From: a virus
Taxonomy: Duplodnaviria > Caudoviricetes
IMG/VR virus record: IMGVR_UViG_3300003885_000003
Span: 1 to 59,528 of that record
Direction: 5' to 3' (one strand)
DNA: 59,528 bases
Below are positions 8,846 through 18,754 of the stretch, piece after piece. How positions within the stretch are numbered: position 1 is the first letter of the stretch; each line of letters starts with the position of its first letter. Both the position numbers and the translations under genes were made by a program. Below the pieces are notes generated by a model. It was not told where the DNA came from. It made no database searches and worked only from the letters and a program-made list of their open reading frames with translations.

Positions 8846-9927
8846 TAAGTACCTCCAAATATCTTTACAGGCGGAGGAAACGCACCCATCGAACGCTTGT
8901 ACCCCTGCACATCTGGCCGGCCATTCAGTCCAACCGATACGCTATTGCCGCTCAATACCCTGATCTCCTCAGTGCTACTAAACGGCGTATGCTGTAAGTC
9001 GCCACTCTCCATCGTAAAGTCATACAGAATCGTGTGCCATGCCCCATCCATGTAAATTTCAAATGTAGGTGGGGAACTGTTCACGACACGGATTGCACGT
9101 TCCACATTGCGGTCATTGCTGCCAATCCGACAGTTAGCGATGTCTTTATTGCTGATGTAAGTCAGGCCGTATCCGGCCGTTGAGCTATCTTTTTCATAGC
9201 CCATGTCTACCCCAGACCTTATGCCGTAATTTATCGGCGATTCGTACCATGCAGAATCAGCAAGGATGAATACGTAATAGCGTTTTGTATCACTTGAAAA
9301 TCCGATGGCATCGGCCGTCGGTGTGGTCGCTAACAGATTGTCACGAGTATCAATCGTGACTTCTAGTCCACCAAGTGTTTCAATTTTAGCATACAGCACA
9401 TTCTTCGTTGCACCATCTAAATCACCATTCCAACCCGCACCATACGCTGTATCAGAAATCATTGCCGCTTGATACTGCGTTACGGCCGTCTCTGGTACGC
9501 TACTGTCCGCAATATTGTCGGTATGTAAAGCCAGATTAAACGCATCACCTGCGACTGGTTGCGGGTCATAGACTGCCTTTGTCATGTAGCCAGCCAGTGT
9601 ATTGGCGCTGAAAGTGTCTGTATCTGCGGCAGCAGCAACGAACGTTTCCCAATCGGTGGCGCTGCCCTGATCCACGCCACTATAAAATGTCTGATTATCA
9701 GGCAGTCGGAAATGATACCTCGCTGCCTGTGTAGCAGCGTCAGGCACTTGCAATGTCAGGCTGAACGTGCCATCGCTATCGCTCACGGCCGTACTGATTT
9801 GATGCTGGTTTATAAATGAGCCACCGGAGAATAAAAACGCGGTCAGCAACGTGGCGCGAACGTTCGTGCCATCTGGGAAATCACTATCCGGGTCTTGCTG
9901 CACTCCTGTGATTATTATCGTTGTCAT
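8842..9927 (-). CDS. Tail fibre / tail-associated protein
   Basis: MTKAVYDP and DTAYGAGWNGD...TKN motifs; N-terminal ~100 aa paralogous to the upstream gene. Confidence 0.65.
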   Translation of the reverse strand: MTTIIITGVQQDPDSDFPDGTNVRATLLTAFLFSGGSFINQHQISTAVSDSDGTFSLTLQVPDAATQAARYHFRLPDNQTFYSGVDQGSATDWETFVAAAADTDTFSANTLAGYMTKAVYDPQPVAGDAFNLALHTDNIADSSVPETAVTQYQAAMISDTAYGAGWNGDLDGATKNVLYAKIETLGGLEVTIDTRDNLLATTPTADAIGFSSDTKRYYVFILADSAWYESPINYGIRSGVDMGYEKDSSTAGYGLTYISNKDIANCRIGSNDRNVERAIRVVNSSPPTFEIYMDGAWHTILYDFTMESGDLQHTPFSSTEEIRVLSGNSVSVGLNGRPDVQGYKRSMGAFPPPVKIFGGTY

Positions 9928-10232
9928 GCTACTGCCGCTGCGACGAACGTCTCCCAGACTGTCGAACTGGCCTGATTTACGTCGTCATAAAAAGATTGGT
10001 TGTCCGGCAACCGGAAATGATACCGTGCCGATACACTAGCATCGTCTGGTACTTGCAGCGTAAGGCTAAATGTGCCGTCACCATTATCGACGGCCGTACT
10101 GATTTGATGCTGGTTTATTAATGACCCACCTGAAAACATGAACGCAGTTTGTAACGTAGCACGAATCTTTGTACTGTCTGGGAACGTGCTGTCTGGGTCT
10201 TGCTGCACTCCTGTAATTGTGATTGTTGTCAT
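9924..10232 (-). CDS. Stand-alone paralog of the N-terminal attachment domain of the adjacent fibre
   Basis: MTTITITGVQQDPDS...WETFVAAA closely matches the N-terminus of 8842..9927. Confidence 0.7.
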   Translation of the reverse strand: MTTITITGVQQDPDSTFPDSTKIRATLQTAFMFSGGSLINQHQISTAVDNGDGTFSLTLQVPDDASVSARYHFRLPDNQSFYDDVNQASSTVWETFVAAAVA

Positions 10233-10648
10233 TCGTTCGGCCTCCAATCCGGCCGTGAATCGTGTTTATTGATTTGATCTATTAATTTGTCAATGCCGGT
10301 CAGCAGACGGTCTACACGTTGGCGAAGTTTTGCATTGACGACCTCCAACTCACCGGCTCTTTCCACATAGACTTTTGCGTCATGTTCTAAGCTGCTCACC
10401 CTGCCACGCAGTTTTGAGTTGACCGTTTTAACACTAGAAATCTGTACTTGTAATTCATGGTTACGCTGTTCCAATACATCCAGCCTCTTTTGCATATCGT
10501 CCAATAGGGCCATCGCAGTCTCCGTTAGTTTTGCAGCCATATCTACACGCCGTTTATCACGGCCGATAAGCCAAGCTGCGGCCGTTGCTAATGCTGTAAT
10601 CACAAATATAGCTATTGGCACGATGCTTAAAATAGTGTCTAAATCCAA
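10229..10648 (-). CDS. Membrane-anchored coiled-coil protein (possible lysis accessory)
   Basis: N-terminal TM followed by heptad repeats. Confidence 0.65.
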   Translation of the reverse strand: MDLDTILSIVPIAIFVITALATAAAWLIGRDKRRVDMAAKLTETAMALLDDMQKRLDVLEQRNHELQVQISSVKTVNSKLRGRVSSLEHDAKVYVERAGELEVVNAKLRQRVDRLLTGIDKLIDQINKHDSRPDWRPNE

Positions 10649-10694
10649 TACTCACCCGTTACTTTGTTTAATTGTCATCTTACTGTCTGCCATC

Positions 10695-11468
10695 TTACGG
10701 AGTAGCGGTGCTAGTTGGCACGGCCGTATCCGTCGCTGTAGGTATCAATGTCGGCGTAGTCGTTAATGTAGGCGTGTTACTCGGTTCAGGCGTGGCCGTA
10801 ACAACCACAGTAATCACTACTGGCGTATTTGTTGGTGTGTTAGTCGGCGTTGCTGTAGGCAGTGGTGTGGACGTGACCGTAGGCGTAGCTGTCCAGGCTG
10901 CCGCAGTCGCTGTCTGAATTACGGCCGTTAACGTCGCTGCTATGTCCGGTGTACTCGTCGGCATCGGTGTGCTGGTCATCGTCGGCGTTGGTGTCCATGT
11001 TGCACAGTTACACGACGTTGCCGTGGGCAGCGGCGTGTTTGTATTTGTCGCTGTGGGCAATGGGGTCGATGTCCAGGCTGCTGCTGTTGCCGTTTGTGCA
11101 ATGGCCGTTATCGTTGCCAGATAGTCCGGTGTGTTCGTCGGGGTGGGTGTAGCTGTACTTGTCGGCGTTGCACTTGGAGTAATACTCGGTGTCACTGTCC
11201 ACGTCGGATAGGGCGTATACGTCGGCAACGGCGTATAGGTCGGCAAGGGGGTCTGCGTCGGAACGGCCGTTGCCGTTATTGTTGGTGGCGTTATCGGTGT
11301 GCTAGTCGGTGGAAGAGGTGGGCCAGCTATATCGCTGGTAATTATTGGCAGGTAAGCACGGCCGTCCTGCTGGGCAGCTAGTCGCGATACGGCAAACGCA
11401 GCAGCAAGCCACAACAATGCACCGACAACTACTGCAATCAATAATGCCCGCAATCCGCCGTTAGTCAT
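10695..11468 (-). CDS. Secreted or membrane Thr/Pro-rich mucin-like protein
   Basis: Signal or TM segment, YLPII motif, long TPT repeats. Confidence 0.7.
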   Translation of the reverse strand: MTNGGLRALLIAVVVGALLWLAAAFAVSRLAAQQDGRAYLPIITSDIAGPPLPPTSTPITPPTITATAVPTQTPLPTYTPLPTYTPYPTWTVTPSITPSATPTSTATPTPTNTPDYLATITAIAQTATAAAWTSTPLPTATNTNTPLPTATSCNCATWTPTPTMTSTPMPTSTPDIAATLTAVIQTATAAAWTATPTVTSTPLPTATPTNTPTNTPVVITVVVTATPEPSNTPTLTTTPTLIPTATDTAVPTSTATP

Positions 11469-11730
11469 TTCCTAAATCAACCTCGCTGTTTACTTTTGCT
11501 CGCGCTGCCAGTCGTGCAATTTCAGCATCGCGCTCTTCCTCACTGAATAACACCTGAGTGCGTACACGAGATCGCACTCCACGCACAAAATAAGTTGCTT
11601 TTTCTAAATTCGTCGCTGTATTTGGATCAACATCATCCGGTAGATATGCCTCTGCGATACGCACCATTAGCGCCTGACTAACAGTACCCCCTGTGAGTGC
11701 CTCAATAATTGCAATCGCTCTTTGTATCAT
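11461..11730 (-). CDS. Hypothetical protein (possible fibre chaperone)
   Basis: Coupled to the preceding fibre gene. Confidence 0.6.
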   Translation of the reverse strand: MIQRAIAIIEALTGGTVSQALMVRIAEAYLPDDVDPNTATNLEKATYFVRGVRSRVRTQVLFSEEERDAEIARLAARAKVNSEVDLGND

Positions 11731-12692
11731 GTTATTGCTGTATCCGTTCCTGCATCGTTTATGAAATGCAAACTACCGCTAACATTTAACCATAGTATAC
11801 CAAAACCGCTTGGGGGAGTGCCTGGCGTAGAAGATTCTCCCATCATAATATTGCCAGACGCTGCCCCTAACGAATTTGAGCCAACAACAAGACCATCACC
11901 AATACGTGCATCCGCTGTTGTTAAAATATGTGTCAGCGTCAAAACACCCCCAGAACTGGATTTCAACGGCTTACTAGTCGATCCTGGCGCTGATGAAAAT
12001 TCACTTTCTTGGAAATATCGCGCATCATGAATATGCAACGAACCCGCGTCGCTACCATCCGTCAGTGTAGTTAGTTCAGCACCGGTTCCAGTAGTATCGT
12101 GGCTCAAAATTGTGTGAGTTGCTACGACGTGATCATGTAGTGAATCAGCATTGCTACCATCTGTCAATGTAGTTAGTTCAGCACCGGTTCCAGTAGTATC
12201 GTGGCTCAAAATTGTGTGAGTTTTCGCATGATGTTGATCTGTCGTCACACCTGTAACTGAGTTATGTGCCCGTGTTACTAAATCCGCTAAATCACTGCCC
12301 GTTTTATTCACGTTGGCCCATGCGAGATTACCAGAATGATCGCTGGCACTATCAAACGGATGCAAACGAGTATGGTGTGCCCCCGGAATGGCCCTATGCG
12401 TCGCAATTTCACTCGCTACCTCGCTGTCACGCGCTATTGCTGCCGGAATATCCCCTTCAACCAACGGCCATGTATGATGTGCCCCGCCGTCGACTACATG
12501 AGCGGAAATATCTACGCCATCCACAGTACCATCAATCGTAATATTGCCACCAGTAATTACAATACCCCCGCTGCTAATTTCTACATTTGCACCAGTGACT
12601 ACAATTTTACGACCCGATGGTAAGGAAATGTCAGCATCGCGTCTGAAAAACCAGCTCGATAATGCCTGAATGATGTTGAACGGTGTGTCCAT
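11727..12692 (-). CDS. His-rich tail fibre protein
   Basis: GTVDGVDISAH, AHH/HxH motifs; duplicated HTILSHDTTGTGAELTTLTDGS (DNA repeat ~12052-12120 and 12153-12222). Confidence 0.7.
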   Translation of the reverse strand: MDTPFNIIQALSSWFFRRDADISLPSGRKIVVTGANVEISSGGIVITGGNITIDGTVDGVDISAHVVDGGAHHTWPLVEGDIPAAIARDSEVASEIATHRAIPGAHHTRLHPFDSASDHSGNLAWANVNKTGSDLADLVTRAHNSVTGVTTDQHHAKTHTILSHDTTGTGAELTTLTDGSNADSLHDHVVATHTILSHDTTGTGAELTTLTDGSDAGSLHIHDARYFQESEFSSAPGSTSKPLKSSSGGVLTLTHILTTADARIGDGLVVGSNSLGAASGNIMMGESSTPGTPPSGFGILWLNVSGSLHFINDAGTDTAIT

Positions 12693-12699
12693 TTTAGAA

Positions 12700-13812
12700 T
12701 TATACCACAACAATATTACGGAGCGGGTTTACGTCTGAGCTTTTTATTTGCAAATGATAGGGAGCCGTGAATATTGATTGCTCTATGTACTGCGGTTGAC
12801 GGCCGTAACCACTAGTATAAATCAGTCTGTCTGGTCGTGTATTCCAATGCAGCAGTTCACGGCCTGCCTCATCAAATATTCGGTCGCCAAAATCTGCCGG
12901 GTTGCGCTGATAAGTCAGGTATTTATTTGCTGCAAGCGTATTAAAATTACTATCAAATGTTTCTGCCTGTTTGTAAATTAGCTGCCTGTTTTCGTAGACC
13001 CCAGCAACCCAGCGATTATTTGCTGCGCCCCCTCTATCTGCAAGATCACGAATGACATTCCAAGCAGGTCGATCACCATTATAATATTGCTCTGCCTGTG
13101 TGGTATTTGCATCAATATTTATTGCACTTGTATTTATTACACTGTTGGGGTCTGCTGCTAAAATGGCAGAAATGATTGCACTAAGATTCGCTGTACTACT
13201 GCTAATAGTCTGTGAATAATTCCACCACATCATCATATGTGCATACCCGGCACAGCGGATACTCAACGATGGAGGAGCGCCACTGCTGGAGGTCATCACT
13301 TCGTCAATTGAAATCCTGCTCATTTCAGTAAGTGCGGTATTGGCCTCAATGTTTGCAGCAGTGGTTGTAATCTGTCCCCCGCTAATCGTTGCCTGTTTTA
13401 TGCCATAGCTATCTTGACTAGCGGTGTCATTGAGCGTAATTGTTGTCTGAGCGCCAACTGTTGGTGGATTTGTCGAAGTATCTAACGCAGAGTAAACGTA
13501 GTAAATTCGGTTAGCCATAGGTTTAATTGATTTGCTGCGTGACATTCCACCTTCTTGCAGCGTTAGCGACTGAACATACCCATTCCAGATCACCTGACCG
13601 CTTGGCGAACGCCAGACAATATCACGAATCAAACCAGCCCGAAACCACGAACGCAAATAATCCGTATCACCACGTAACACAAATTTACATGTATCGAAAC
13701 CGTATGAGGCGCTAACAATATGCGATTCGTTCTCAGTTTGCAATCGCTCATTGAACGAGTCGATGCTTTGCCTGATAACTGGTGCTAATGCGGTGATACT
13801 AATTTGCTGCAT
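12700..13812 (-). CDS. Baseplate hub / Tal-like minor tail protein
   Basis: Position after the distal tail gene; IWNGYV and SQDSYGIK motifs. Confidence 0.65.
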   Translation of the reverse strand: MQQISITALAPVIRQSIDSFNERLQTENESHIVSASYGFDTCKFVLRGDTDYLRSWFRAGLIRDIVWRSPSGQVIWNGYVQSLTLQEGGMSRSKSIKPMANRIYYVYSALDTSTNPPTVGAQTTITLNDTASQDSYGIKQATISGGQITTTAANIEANTALTEMSRISIDEVMTSSSGAPPSLSIRCAGYAHMMMWWNYSQTISSSTANLSAIISAILAADPNSVINTSAINIDANTTQAEQYYNGDRPAWNVIRDLADRGGAANNRWVAGVYENRQLIYKQAETFDSNFNTLAANKYLTYQRNPADFGDRIFDEAGRELLHWNTRPDRLIYTSGYGRQPQYIEQSIFTAPYHLQIKSSDVNPLRNIVVV

Positions 13813-16800
13813 TAGTTTGCTCCTCTACCAGTTAGCCAGCGGTCAGTAGCGCCAACGGTGATTGAGTGAAGCGCTTCCGGCTTACTTATCCAAATGCTGC
13901 CACCTGCCGTTGACGTGCTTGCAGTGAGTATCCAAATACGCTGCTGCTGCTGTGTCATTAACGCAGCAGCACCATTGGAATCGACACGATATGATGATTT
14001 GAAAAGACCAGTCGCCGTTTTTTCGGCGACTGCTTTAATGAGTAGCTTGGGCAATGTCACGCTGTCGATTGTCATTCGTGAGCCGTTGCTAATAGCGCTG
14101 GTAGTTGTGTTAGCGGTGTCTTTCACATCAACATACATCAGATTAGTTGGCAACAAAAACAGGTCATACGCGTAAAAATCAGCATCTGCTGCGCTTGATG
14201 TGATTTGCAAAACGATGCTGGTCTCATCTCCTAATTCGTCGCTGGTAAATAGTGATGAAACAGGCAGAGACACCGGTTCCTCGAACTCTATTAGTTCATG
14301 ATCGGTTGTGCTAGTAGTTGCTTGAATGTCGGTGAGCGAACTAATGCCACCTGAACCAGATACAATCTTTAGCCTGACTGATACTTCCCCGGCACTTCCA
14401 CCTGTCTGTTTGCCACGTAAAAATGCACGAAAAGTACCATAATAATCACGTGCAACGGTAGTCGCTAAAGTCAACTTGACGCGGTCTATAAGATTGTTCA
14501 AGCCCGCACCGGCTGAGGCGACGCTTGCATCGAAAAAGGCAGCGCGTCCTGTCGGGGCACTCAAATTATCAGCGATACTCGTTGCGCTATCAGTATCATC
14601 TGTTACCGACACGGTAACGCCGTCTGGTTGCTGCTCATCTGCAAAATTAAGATAGGCGCGAAACGTCGTATGATTTGTGACTGGCATAATGCCCGCCAGC
14701 ACACGATTAGCATATAGCTGTGGATTGCTGCCGCCCGGCCCGCCGTTGTCACCACGCGACCGCAATTTCATCTGTACAATGCTGTCCAGTGTACCGGCTG
14801 TTTGTGCTGCTGCAATTTCGGCATACGGCGTTACGGCCGTGTAAATGTCGCGTGTTTGTTGTATCGGATTGGTAAATGTACCGGTCAATGCTGATACCCT
14901 GGCGCGAACCCAATATGCGGTAATGGCATTTATTGCTGTTGTGGTCCAATCACTTGGAATTTCCCATGTGACGGAATTCATGCCAACTAGTGAAAATTGA
15001 GACGTGCTGTCTTGTGTCGTAATCGTTGTCCATGCCCCATTGTAATATTCCCAAATAATTGTATAGCTCGTTGTCGAGCTGGCCCCTGTAGACAAATCAA
15101 AAACAAGTGAATTAAATGGGCCAGTGTCGCTCAATGCAGTATTTATACCAAAATAAACAGCATCATTCAATGCGGCCGTTGCCGGAAATAACGTCAATGG
15201 AAACGAGCCAGGATACAAATTAGCAAAAACACCGCCATCGTCGTTTTTGATGTGCGTAAGTTGTGCCTCATTGTGTTTATTTGCCACAAATACAGGATTT
15301 GTACTGCTGGCTTCCTGCCCCACATTGAACGATGTGGTTGTCAGGCTCAATATTTGCCCATTATCAGCCACATATTTATTCGCTGACGTGCAAAGAATAT
15401 CTTCAACATAGCCACCTGGTAACGTGCTGTCTACTGTCCAATTATTGCCCTGGTCTGATGATTTTAGAATATTGCCATTATCACCAGCATAAAACACACC
15501 AGAGCAATAACGCAGTGATCGTACATCATTTGTTGGTGTGGTATCAGCTACCTCCCATGATGTCCCAGAATCTTCAGATGAGATAATTTGCCCGTCATCC
15601 CCACCGAAAATAACACTAGACACCTCAGCCAATGCACGAACATTGCCAGCCGGAAATGTACTATTTACTTCCCACGTTGCGCCGACTCCAAGCGGAGCGG
15701 CATACTCAATAATAAGCGTTGCTGCATTACCAGGAGATTTATCATAGGTATCTGCGTCACGATCACGGCCTGAAACTGAAAACTCAATAATAATTACAAT
15801 GTCATTGCCAGAAGCAAAGCCAGCACGATTAATAACTTCCTGAATTGGCGCTGAAATGTCCACCGTATCATAGGAAAGTCCACTCTTCCACGTTTCGACA
15901 CCAGACCATGTAGCAACGGCCGGTGTCTTTGTCCTATCAGTAATGTTGTTTGCAGTGCTGGTAAATGTTGGTGCGTCGTCAATATCTTCACAGTAAATCA
16001 ATGCTGTCCCTGACGTGCCGCTATCGGTGTCCTCTGCTATAAATCTGATTTTTGCGCTGTCGATTGTGCTGCCCTGTGCAATCGTTACTCCCTGAAAACG
16101 CAGACCGATTTTACGAGAGGTTTTATTAAACATGTCCAGGTCATTACTGGTCAAATCCATTGTGCCGCTTGTTTCCTCTGCGTCGTCTGTTGAGGTAGCT
16201 ATTTGAACACTGAATTCAGTAGTCGTGAGTGGGGATGCCGTGCGTAAAATTTCACCAGTGCCACCTGCGTATATTCTACCAGATGCCACTTGAAGCAAAC
16301 TATACACCTGTCCCGATGGTAAAGTATCGTCTATACCCCATGTGTTAGTCTCATCCTTTTTGTAAATCTGGCTGGTATCAGCAGCATATATTTCGCCACT
16401 GGTCGCTTCTAATAATTCGTAAACCTGTCCTGCTGGGCCAGTCGTTTCAACCGACCATGTGCCACCACTGGTCAATTTTAGAATACGGCCGTTTTCGCCA
16501 AATAGAATATCACCATTAGCCAATAGAGTTGCGCCGGTCACATTGCCGGAAACTATAACCGGGGCTGTTGTTTTAACAGCCCAAGTATCCAGGCTCAAAT
16601 CGTAAAACAGAATTTCACTAGCACCTCCAGCATAAATATCACCATTAGCAAGCTCGACAAAACAGAAAATATAACCTGTTGGCAGTGTTGTTTCTACACC
16701 CCAACTTGTCGCGAAATCCCATACTTGTTGAGCGCTGATGGCAACACTTTTCTGTACCGTACCAGGCACAGCCCCCAGCCATGCCGGTTGCCGATTTATT

Positions 16801-17306
16801 TGCACCACAAAAGGTAACAATTTTTGATTGCGAAGTGGAGCTTCATCAAACCACGTGTTTGGCTTAATGATGTTTCCTTGACTAATAAGTGCATATCCTG
16901 TATTTGTTTCACCGTCTAACTTTCTGGTAATATACACAGGACTATTGTTGAAACGGTTCAGCCAGTATCGCGGCGCACGATATAACAGCAGTTCTTCAAG
17001 CTGATCAATGCGCCGGATCATGTCGTCTGTATTTGAGAATTCAAGCACGAATCGGAAGCTTTCAATCACATTATCAAACACTGCATAACGTAAAACTTGT
17101 CCATCCGCGATAGCACTGTTTCCGTATGACCCGCCCCCTTTGAACGTAGAAGATCGGCCTGTCCATCCGTCAGAGAGCAATTTGAACCCAGGGGATGCCA
17201 TAAAATCGACACTCAGATCACCATCGGTTACAGTGAAAACCGAATTACCAACCGGCCCGATTGGCTTTTCTAAACCAAAATAACTATCCCAATAATTTGT
17301 TGTCAT
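13812..17306 (-). CDS. Large distal-tail / tail-tip protein with beta-propeller and carbohydrate-binding-like inserts
   Basis: Repeated GxIYAG...W blades; SSDQGNNW Asp-box; DDAEE...GLRFQGVTIAQGSTI domain. Confidence 0.65.
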   Translation of the reverse strand: MTTNYWDSYFGLEKPIGPVGNSVFTVTDGDLSVDFMASPGFKLLSDGWTGRSSTFKGGGSYGNSAIADGQVLRYAVFDNVIESFRFVLEFSNTDDMIRRIDQLEELLLYRAPRYWLNRFNNSPVYITRKLDGETNTGYALISQGNIIKPNTWFDEAPLRNQKLLPFVVQINRQPAWLGAVPGTVQKSVAISAQQVWDFATSWGVETTLPTGYIFCFVELANGDIYAGGASEILFYDLSLDTWAVKTTAPVIVSGNVTGATLLANGDILFGENGRILKLTSGGTWSVETTGPAGQVYELLEATSGEIYAADTSQIYKKDETNTWGIDDTLPSGQVYSLLQVASGRIYAGGTGEILRTASPLTTTEFSVQIATSTDDAEETSGTMDLTSNDLDMFNKTSRKIGLRFQGVTIAQGSTIDSAKIRFIAEDTDSGTSGTALIYCEDIDDAPTFTSTANNITDRTKTPAVATWSGVETWKSGLSYDTVDISAPIQEVINRAGFASGNDIVIIIEFSVSGRDRDADTYDKSPGNAATLIIEYAAPLGVGATWEVNSTFPAGNVRALAEVSSVIFGGDDGQIISSEDSGTSWEVADTTPTNDVRSLRYCSGVFYAGDNGNILKSSDQGNNWTVDSTLPGGYVEDILCTSANKYVADNGQILSLTTTSFNVGQEASSTNPVFVANKHNEAQLTHIKNDDGGVFANLYPGSFPLTLFPATAALNDAVYFGINTALSDTGPFNSLVFDLSTGASSTTSYTIIWEYYNGAWTTITTQDSTSQFSLVGMNSVTWEIPSDWTTTAINAITAYWVRARVSALTGTFTNPIQQTRDIYTAVTPYAEIAAAQTAGTLDSIVQMKLRSRGDNGGPGGSNPQLYANRVLAGIMPVTNHTTFRAYLNFADEQQPDGVTVSVTDDTDSATSIADNLSAPTGRAAFFDASVASAGAGLNNLIDRVKLTLATTVARDYYGTFRAFLRGKQTGGSAGEVSVRLKIVSGSGGISSLTDIQATTSTTDHELIEFEEPVSLPVSSLFTSDELGDETSIVLQITSSAADADFYAYDLFLLPTNLMYVDVKDTANTTTSAISNGSRMTIDSVTLPKLLIKAVAEKTATGLFKSSYRVDSNGAAALMTQQQQRIWILTASTSTAGGSIWISKPEALHSITVGATDRWLTGRGAN

Positions 17307-17307
17307 T

Positions 17308-17766
17308 TTATGTTGCGTCTGTCGTTACGGCCGTCCTGTAGCCATTGCTATCTATCGTTGCTACAATGCGGTTTTTTGCATCTGCTAAATCTCTGGCCGT
17401 CCACCCGCCTACGCCTGCGCTTGTTTTACCAAGAAGCGCAGCAGAGAACAGTGTCATTAATGTCAATCCTGTTTCCGAATTGTCAAAAACAGCATTGAAT
17501 GGAGACAATTCACGCGGCGTAATAGCGAAAAGAGCAATAACGTCATCAGTATCACCGCTCACGTAGAATTTTATAAATCCCTCGAATGCATCGGTCATCG
17601 TCGCCACATAACCGTAATGGCCGTTGTTGCCAACCTCAGTAATGCCGGTTGTTAACGCGCTGCCACTGGTGGCGAACGATGTGTCTAATAGCTGTCCATA
17701 CACCGTCTGCCCTGGCACAGAATCAAATGCAAAATGTACTGTATAGCTCACGGCGTCACCTCCCAC
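17308..17766 (-). CDS. Putative virion protein
   Basis: RDLADAKNRIVATIDSNGYRTAV motif; in tail operon. Confidence 0.6.
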   Translation of the reverse strand: MGGDAVSYTVHFAFDSVPGQTVYGQLLDTSFATSGSALTTGITEVGNNGHYGYVATMTDAFEGFIKFYVSGDTDDVIALFAITPRELSPFNAVFDNSETGLTLMTLFSAALLGKTSAGVGGWTARDLADAKNRIVATIDSNGYRTAVTTDAT

Positions 17767-18233
17767 GCGCTGCCATTCCAGACATAACCGGCAGCATTCA
17801 ACTCGCTAGTCACCAACGCGGCATTCACAGTTTCTGGCACAGCATCGCCCGTTTCAGCCGCTATCACATCCAGCCATGTTTGTCCCCGCGCCAACAACGT
17901 CTGATTAGCCGCTGACTTCGTGCCGGTCGCCATATCTGTATAATCTTCAATCGCGCCAAAGTCATCCCGCGCCGCGTTTAGGCGTTCTATATTGCCACTC
18001 TGTAGAATTTCAGAAAAAGCTTCAAAAAACGCACCGTTGCGGTACAGCTTCGCTAATTCAGTCGCGTCCGCTCCACCTGCAATTGCCTCAGTCCGAAATT
18101 GTGTGTAATAGGCATACGGCACAAAAGAAACAGATTGCTGTATACCGATTACCAGTTGTCCGGCACTAAAGATTTTCCAGTCAGTATCCTGTGCTGCGGA
18201 TGCCCGCCAGATTGCATATACAATAATGCTCAT
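17748..18233 (-). CDS. Hypothetical protein
   Basis: Coupled in the tail operon. Confidence 0.6.
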   Translation of the reverse strand: MSIIVYAIWRASAAQDTDWKIFSAGQLVIGIQQSVSFVPYAYYTQFRTEAIAGGADATELAKLYRNGAFFEAFSEILQSGNIERLNAARDDFGAIEDYTDMATGTKSAANQTLLARGQTWLDVIAAETGDAVPETVNAALVTSELNAAGYVWNGSAWEVTP

Positions 18234-18754
18234 AGAGACCTCCGCACAAAAACAAAGTTGTCGAATGTTCCGGCCGTTGGCGCTGAACCGGTCACCAAAT
18301 CTATAACAACATACGGCATGTCCTCAATAGCCAAATCATGGTATCGAGAAGAATTCAAGTTTCCACCATATGCTATCGTTGGAGTCTGTACACTTGGCGC
18401 ACCAATGCCATAATATGACGCTATACTAACAGGAACAACAAATCTGCCAACAATACCGCCTAGTGTGGACGTTGAAAAAACAGTTGCATTATCATTACTA
18501 ATAATATTCATTGTAATTGCCTGATCATGTGCAACATCTATCTGAAACTTGAATGATAGTGTTTTGTATCCCGCTGTTGATAGCGGAATAAAAATCCGTG
18601 ACGTTGTATTATACGTGCTGCCGTTTGTACTGCCGATCAAATACGATCTAAAATCAGTGAAATAAATATCACCTACAGTAACCGTCGCGGCATTTACATC
18701 TGCCGCTACAATTCGGTCAATTTTGTATCCGCGTCTACCCGAGGCTGTTGGCAT
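18230..18754 (-). CDS. Hypothetical / virion protein
   Basis: Coupled to the tape measure stop. Confidence 0.6.
   Translation of the reverse strand: MPTASGRRGYKIDRIVAADVNAATVTVGDIYFTDFRSYLIGSTNGSTYNTTSRIFIPLSTAGYKTLSFKFQIDVAHDQAITMNIISNDNATVFSTSTLGGIVGRFVVPVSIASYYGIGAPSVQTPTIAYGGNLNSSRYHDLAIEDMPYVVIDLVTGSAPTAGTFDNFVFVRRSL

Noticed and set aside
8842-10232. Diversity-generating retroelement template/variable repeat pair
   Set aside because: No reverse transcriptase; differences are not adenine-specific; the repeat is N-terminal
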